Positions 51,379 through 64,000 of a stretch of 64,000 bases of DNA are shown one piece after another (the first letter of the stretch is position 1; the number at the start of each line of letters is the position of its first letter). The notes under the pieces are model-generated. The model searched no databases, was not told where the DNA came from, and saw nothing but the letters and a program-made list of their open reading frames with translations. The position numbers and the translations under genes are program-made. Location of the stretch: assembly GCF_963921235.1 (NCBI RefSeq), contig NC_086097.1:79548001-79612000 (forward strand). Direction: 5' to 3'. The DNA is from Mobula hypostoma (taxonomy: Eukaryota).

Positions 51379-53093
51379 ACGGTTGCAAAGACTTGGAGGA
51401 ATCCCAGAGGAGGTGTAATTTTTTAGTGTGCAAACAAAGGAGATAAAAGCTTCCTCTCGTTCCAAATTATCTCAGAGACAAAACCAACTAGTTCTAGCTT
51501 CAGCACATTATCTGATGGAAGTGTTGGAGTGAGGAAACTACTATACATTGCTATTAAGAAAAAAAAATCTGTAAAAAAGTAGATGAGCTGTGGGAATAAT
51601 ATGGAGCTCAGATTAAATTTGTACAAGCCAGTGGAGTGTGAAGAAAAATTCTGTTTGTAAACTAGTGCTTAAAAAACATCAGACCATGGTTGAGGGAGAG
51701 AAGGCTGCAAACTAAAAAAGAGAAATAAGATTACGACTGCAGCATGTAAGCTACAATATTTTGGTTGTAATCTAATTATATTTTGTGATTGTGGTCAAAG
51801 TAATAAAAAGTATGCACAAATCTAATGTTACACAAGATTGAATTAAGACACTAGCCAAAGTTGCGAAATACCTTTGTTTGATAAAATTAATGAAAAAATC
51901 CAGATGAAAAATACCAACAATGTTAAGTTAATTAAGAGGGTATGTAACAAGATCCAGAGAATGTCCGAGCAAAAGTAAAAACCTTGAATGAATGTGTTAA
52001 GGATAAGATCATGTGGTAGGTTTGATCAAATGTGTGAACAAATTAAAAAGTTAATGGGCAGCTACAGAATTTACCAGTTGACTGGGAAACAAACGTGAAA
52101 TGTGTGATAACTACAAAAACAATATAATGTGGACAGTCAAAGGTCTAAAGAACAAACCGAATGAGCAAAAGATAATTGTAATTCAATCAAAGTGCAGTGT
52201 ACGGAACTTTAAAGCAGACCAAGTCAATATGAGGATGTGCAACTGCAACTTCAAGTGAGTGGTCCTGCCATTGATGCTTCTCCTTGGGAAAAACCTAATA
52301 CATCAGATAGTCCTCTGAATTAGCGACACCATCTGAACTCTGAGGAATTACAGCCTACATTGGACAGTCCCCTAAGACAGCAGCAATATCTGAACTCCAA
52401 GAAGCTACAGGATGGACATGACATGGACTCTTCATGGCCTCTAGCGACTCAAATGAGGTTGATAGCGAGGCAATGATAGGATTATTAGGTATGCCATAGC
52501 TTGTTCCAGTAAAGACCAAGGGAGTGAAGACACGTAGTACTGAAGATGGAACCTATGAAAGGAGACTGACAGTGGATTACTGGGTTGCTAATCAATGTAT
52601 TGACAAGCTAACCCTTCTGGTGGCAGATTCATTAACAACTTCCAATGCCCTGAAGCCATCACACATAGTGATTAACAGTTATTGATATGGCCAATGGATT
52701 CTGGTCTGTACAACTGGTGTCTGAGTGTCATCTGTGCTTGGCTTTCATAGTTGATCGTCAACAATACCAGTGGACGAGGTTACCACAAGGGCTCCACAAC
52801 AGTCCCACTGTTGACCACATGGCTTTGAGATAACATCTGAGTAACTTGCCAGCTATTGATTTGACTATCTACCATATGTGGATGATATTCTGATTGCATC
52901 CAAAGCTCCTGACCAGTAAGAACATGATGTGCGTTATTCGCTCATTTATTTATCCTGCAAAGTTCACAGAACAAATCGAGACAAGGCACAATCACTGAGG
53001 ATCATGTGAAAGCTGTTGAGTCAGAAAAGCCACCTACAATAGTCAAGCAACTGTGATCATTTTGGGTTTGTGTAACTACAACAGAGTCTGGGT

Positions 53094-54227
53094 TAGAAAC
53101 ATAGAAAACCTACGGCACGATACAGGCCCTTCGGCCCACAAAGCTGTGCCAAACATGTCCTTACCTTAGAAATTACCTACGGTTACCCATAGCCCTCTAT
53201 TTTTCTGAGCTCCATGTACCTGACCTGGAGTCTCTTAAAAGATCCTATCGTATCCGCCTCCACCACTGTCACCAGCAGCCTAGTCCACGTACATACCACT
53301 CTCTGTGTAAAAAAACTTACCCCTAACATCTCCTCTGTACCTACTTCCAAGCGCCTTAAAACTGTGCCCTCTCATGCTAACCATTCCAGTCTTAGGAAAA
53401 AGCCTCTGACTATCCACATGATCAATGCCTCTCATCATCTTATACACCACTATCAGGTCACCTCTCATCCTCTGTTGCTCCAAGGAAAAAAGGCCGAGTT
53501 CACTCAACCTATTCTCATAAGGCATGCTCCCCAATCCAGGCAACATCCTTGTAAGTCTCCTCTGCACCCTTTCTATGGCTTCCACATCCCTCCTATAGTG
53601 AGATGACCAGAACTGAGTACAGTACTCCAAGTGGAGTCTGACCAGGGTCCGATATAGCTGTAGCATTACCTCTTGGCTCCTAAACTCAATCCCACGATTG
53701 ATGAAGGCCAATGCACCATATGCTTTCTTAACCATAGAGTCAATCTGCACAGCAACTTTGAGTGTCCTATGGACTCGGACCCCAAGGTCCCTCTGATCCT
53801 CCACACTGCCAACAATCTTACCACTAATACTATATTTTGCCATCATAATTGACTTAAGAAAATGAACCACCTCACAGTTATCTGGGTTGAACTCCATCTG
53901 CCACTTCTCAGCCCAGTTTTGCATCCTATCAATGTCCTGCTGTAACCTCTGACAGCCCTCCACACTAACCACAACACCAACCTTTGTGTTATCAGCAAAT
54001 TTACTAACCCATCCCACCACTTCCTCATCCAGATCATTTATAAAAATCACGAAGAGCAGGGGGTCCCAGAACAGATCCCTGAGGCACACCACTGGTGACT
54101 GACCTCCATGCCAAATATGACCCGTCTACAACCAGTCTTTGCCTTCTGTGGGCAAGCCAATTCTGGATCCACAAAGCAATGTCCCCTTGGATCCCATGCT
54201 TCCTTACTTTCTCAATAAGCTTTGCAT
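53094..54227 (-). mobile_element. CR1 LINE 3' fragment inserted in ERV pol
   Basis: ORF 53280-54092 has KFADNTKV and LVRLHLEYC. The tail reads tagaaacatagaaaacc on the plus strand. Confidence 0.88.
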
Positions 54228-54610
54228 GGATGATCAACAGACTCTCCCAAAGGTGGTCGAATCTAAAGTTTACAGTACGAGCTCAACGAACATTTTAAAG
54301 ATCTATGACATGCCAGAGAAAAAAATCCTGAAGCAGTGTAAAAGCTACCGTAATTAAATGTTCTTGCCCCACCTGGTCCAGTTTTACACTTGCAAGTGGA
54401 CTATATTACTTTCCCATAAATGTCAAGGATACTCAGACACACTGGTATTAGTGGACAAGTTTTCAAGATTGTGGAAACCGTTCTAGCATAGAAAGCTATT
54501 GCTACACAGAGCAAAAGCTCTGATCAAGGATTATGGTCCTAGATGGGGATTGCTGTATCACATCGACTCTGACCAAGGAACACATTTCATTGGGAGTGCT
54601 TGTCAGGAAT

Positions 54611-55236
54611 CACAAGATCACAAGACAAAGGAGCAGAAGTAGGCCATTCGGCCCATCGAGTCTGCTCTGCAGCTCCCCCATGAGCTAAACTATTCACCCA
54701 TCTAGTTCCAATTTCCGGCTTTTTCCCCATATTCCTTGATACCCTGACTAATTAGATACCTGTCAATCTCCTCCTTAAACACCCTCAATGATCGGGCCTC
54801 CACAGCCATATGTGGCAATGAATTCCACAAATCCACGACCCTCTGGCTAAAAAAATTTCTCCTCATCTCTGTTTTAACTGGGTACCCTCTAATTCTAAGA
54901 CTATGGCCTCTTGTCCTGGACTCACCCACCAAGGGAAACAACCTTTCCACATCTACTCTGTCCAACCCTTTCAACATTCGAAACGTTTCTATGAGATCCC
55001 CTCTCATTCTTCTATACTCTAATGAATACAATCCAAGAGCCGACAGACGCTCCTCATATGTTAGCCCCTGCATTCCAGGAATCATCCTCGTAAATCTCCT
55101 CTGAACTCCCTCCAACATCAGTATATCCTTTCTAAGATAGGGGGCCCAAAACTGCACACAGTATTCCAAATGAGGTCTCACTAATGCCCCATAGAGCCTC
55201 ATCAATACCTCCTTACTCTTATACACTATTCCTCTT
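54611..55236 (-). mobile_element. CR1 LINE 3' fragment inserted in ERV integrase
   Basis: ORF 54702-55259 has LVRPHLEYCVQFWAP. The integrase sequence resumes after it. Confidence 0.88.
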
Positions 55237-55519
55237 GAATTATGTCTACCAATGAACATTGAATGGTCTTTTCAATGTCCATATCACCCAGAGTCAGCAG
55301 GACAAGTTGAATGAATGAATGGACCCATCAGACAATGACTAAGGTGTACAATGGCCTGTGGTTATTCCTATGGTCTTATGTAGCATCAAAAGCAACCCCA
55401 AACATGAAAACTAAATTGTCCATTCGAGGTGGTAATCTATGTCCCTGCTGGGAGCTCTCTGAGATGCTGATATATACATTATGATGGACAGTTTACCTAG
55501 AGCTTTGACCAGTGGCCAA

Positions 55520-61418
<5,899 letters not shown>

Positions 61419-63634
61419 CAGTCTGTTTCTCAATAGATTTCTGCCACTTGGAGTGATCCAACAGAAAGATTCATCCTGATTCCTGGTAAGTGGGTCCTGA
61501 CTGAGAAACCACATAAGGATCCACTGATAGCTTGATGGGATGGTCCTTATCAAGTGCTGTTTCTTACTAATGTGGTGGTGAAGGTAGAAGGTAAAAGTAA
61601 GTGGATACACACTAACCATTGCAAGCACGTTAAAGTGGTACCTGACAAGGACAACAAGCGCTGTGGTTAATGTGCTAGTCACCTTTGATGCAGTGCCTGT
61701 GCTACTGGGCTATAGTGAGAAAATCACTAACCTGCCAGAAGGCTTTGAGCAGAGTCAATAACTACTGGACATTATGAAGTTTATTCTAATATTAGTTCTT
61801 GTTATATTTTTGCTAATGTTCCCTACTTACAATGAGTACTAATATTTGCCCTGATATACCTTATCATATTTTACATCCTTTTAACCTGTATAAGGACGAC
61901 CATTAATAGAGTGGTTCAAACTCACACAGGTGTGTCTACTTATCTGTCTAACCAAGACATAATCTTACGAGTTCTTTGAAGTATACCCTTTGATATTTCT
62001 GTTACTTAGGTCTTTTTTTTTTGATTATTTTATACTTAACAGAGATACCACAAAATTCTCTGCCTTTGAAGCTTCTGATGCAATGGTTCAAATGTGTAAT
62101 TCGGAGTCATAAGGGCAAAATTGTTGGATTAAACTTTATCATTGTTATTTTCTGTGCGTTTAACAATTAATTATCTGCTTGTATTTTACATAACTACCTA
62201 TATACATGTAACAGTTTAGTATGTTTCCTAGTGGTCACAGTATGTACATACAATTGTTCTGTGACCCCAAGTGGTTACAGTTCTTTGCAAGTTCTGGAAA
62301 GTTCTCTGGTTTCATGTTATTTGAATAGGGGCTATCTAATTGGTTAACTCTTATCTACATATTTGAATGGAATGTTTCTAATCTATTGTATAAAAAGAGT
62401 TGATTATATTGCCCATTATCTTTAGTCTTTTATTCACTTTACTCCTCATTTTCCTTCCCCGTTCAAGACTTTGTTACTGTCTGTTTCCAATTCCTTTGTT
62501 CTATCAGCACTTACTAAAACGATTGTGAAGCAACAAGCTCCTGTTCCACTTTCTTGACTTCCAAAAGAACCTTGGATCAAAAACTTCAGAATCCAACATG
62601 AGTGAACAGTAGATAGCAACAATCAGATTTTAAATTCCTTTTGTTTTGATACTCTTAGCTATCTAAATATACTATTTAGAAATTCTTACCCATTTCACTT
62701 GAATGAGGTTTTGTAATAATTCAGGAGAGTCAAGAAGAATTCAGCTAACAGCAAATCGAAAATAATAGTATTGAAGTAAGCTACAATTGCAATGGTCTTA
62801 ATGATCTGGGATGCAAAAGTTTCTAACTTGGAACCAGCTCCCAAAAGAAATTTAACAAAAAAAAAAGCTGCTTTGCAACTATTTTACTTAAGAAAGGCTT
62901 AATTGTGTCATGCACATAGAAATGAAAATCAGTAGCGTTCAAGCAAGCAGTAGAAACATAAATGTTCCATGTACCATGGGCAATCCAATACACTTACAAT
63001 GATTTGACTTTTTTGTGGTTGGATTAACTAAATGTCAAGCAAATCTGTTACAATGACTAAATTCAGATGATCAATGCAAACTGGAACATTGCAAGGACAA
63101 CCAATTATACCAGCAGTAGAGTCTTGATAAGGTTTCATACTTGTACAACTGCAAAGGAAACTAATTTGTTGCAAAGGCCAATCTTTTGAAACTTGATATT
63201 TTAGAAAACAATTTCGCTACACTTTGAAATTTCTATGTATTATAAATTTTGAGTTATAACTTTGCAGTTATAAAATATGCAAAAAGATAAAACAATGCAT
63301 ACTCAACTATTAAAAGATAGAACACATTGGTTAATCTGGATTACATTAAACATTTAAAAATCTATCAATTACTTTTTTAATCTCTACACTTTTTAAAAAT
63401 TCATCCAGTGTTGATTATAAATTATATTTTATATAGACTGTTGATGAAGGACATTCCAGTGGTGCTTCATCTTGCAAAAGCCAGTTACTAACCAGAAACT
63501 GAAATAAATCATATTTGTGAGTCATCAACAAAAAACATATTTGTGAGTCATGAACCAACTCAAATGAAAGAGATTATAAAATTTCATTGGAAGACTTGTC
63601 TACAAGTTCAGCCACTTCAAAGCCCTCAACAGCA

Positions 63635-64000
63635 AACTGGTGTATTGCTGCAGATGTACAGGGTGTTGCTGAGGCTACACCAAGAATATTGCAGTTTGGT
63701 TCTCTTACCTAGGAAAGGATTTAGTGGCATTGGAGGAAGTCTTAAAGCAGATTTATCAGGCCATCTCCTGGGGTTAGAATGCTGCCCTACAAAGAGATCT
63801 ATGACTAAATTGTTGGATCTCTATTCTTTGGAGTATGGAAAAATGAGATATCACCTTACCGAAATATTTAAGATCCAAAGGGGACTTGACAGGGTAGACA
63901 TTGAATGATTTCATGAGCGGGAGAGTCTCAAAAGGGGCATAGATTGAAGATAAGAGATGAGTCACTTGAAACTGTGGTATGTAGAAACTTCTTTTCTATC
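63635..64000 (+). mobile_element. Decayed CR1 3' fragment
   Basis: LLQMYRVLLRLHQEYC...LDLYSLEYGKMR remnant. Confidence 0.6.

Noticed and set aside
63510..63551. 16-bp direct repeat catatttgtgagtcat
   Set aside because: It looks like a simple local duplication with no other supporting structure.

Overview
This is vertebrate genomic DNA, not prokaryotic. The repeat content (HE1/V-SINE-type SINEs, esterase-ORF1 CR1 LINEs, Rex1, Penelope) suggests a cartilaginous fish, probably a ray; this is inference. The window appears to lie inside the gephyrin gene (gphn) on the minus strand. Three exons are recognisable: a 63-nt C4-type alternative cassette (46634-46696), the 43-nt VQSRCSSKENILRA exon (45881-45923) and the 138-nt HSAVDISK...IINYR exon (26268-26405). 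The rest is intron, largely filled with nested, mostly decayed transposable elements. These include an end-complete but Rep-deleted Helitron inside a TTAA/piggyBac-like element, and fold-back Penelope copies carrying hammerhead ribozyme motifs. There are also two near full-length CR1 LINEs, a C2H2 zinc-finger/CR1 composite insertion, a solo LTR and a fragmented endogenous retrovirus. Two Tc1 elements (one Sleeping Beauty-like) have duplicated right arms, and several hAT MITEs are present. I see no convincing new multi-gene system. The best leads are candidate unannotated gphn cassette/micro-exons, the hammerhead ribozyme, the Sleeping Beauty-like element, the ZnF-CR1 chimera and the ERV. Family assignments rest on motifs recognised by eye, with no database searches.
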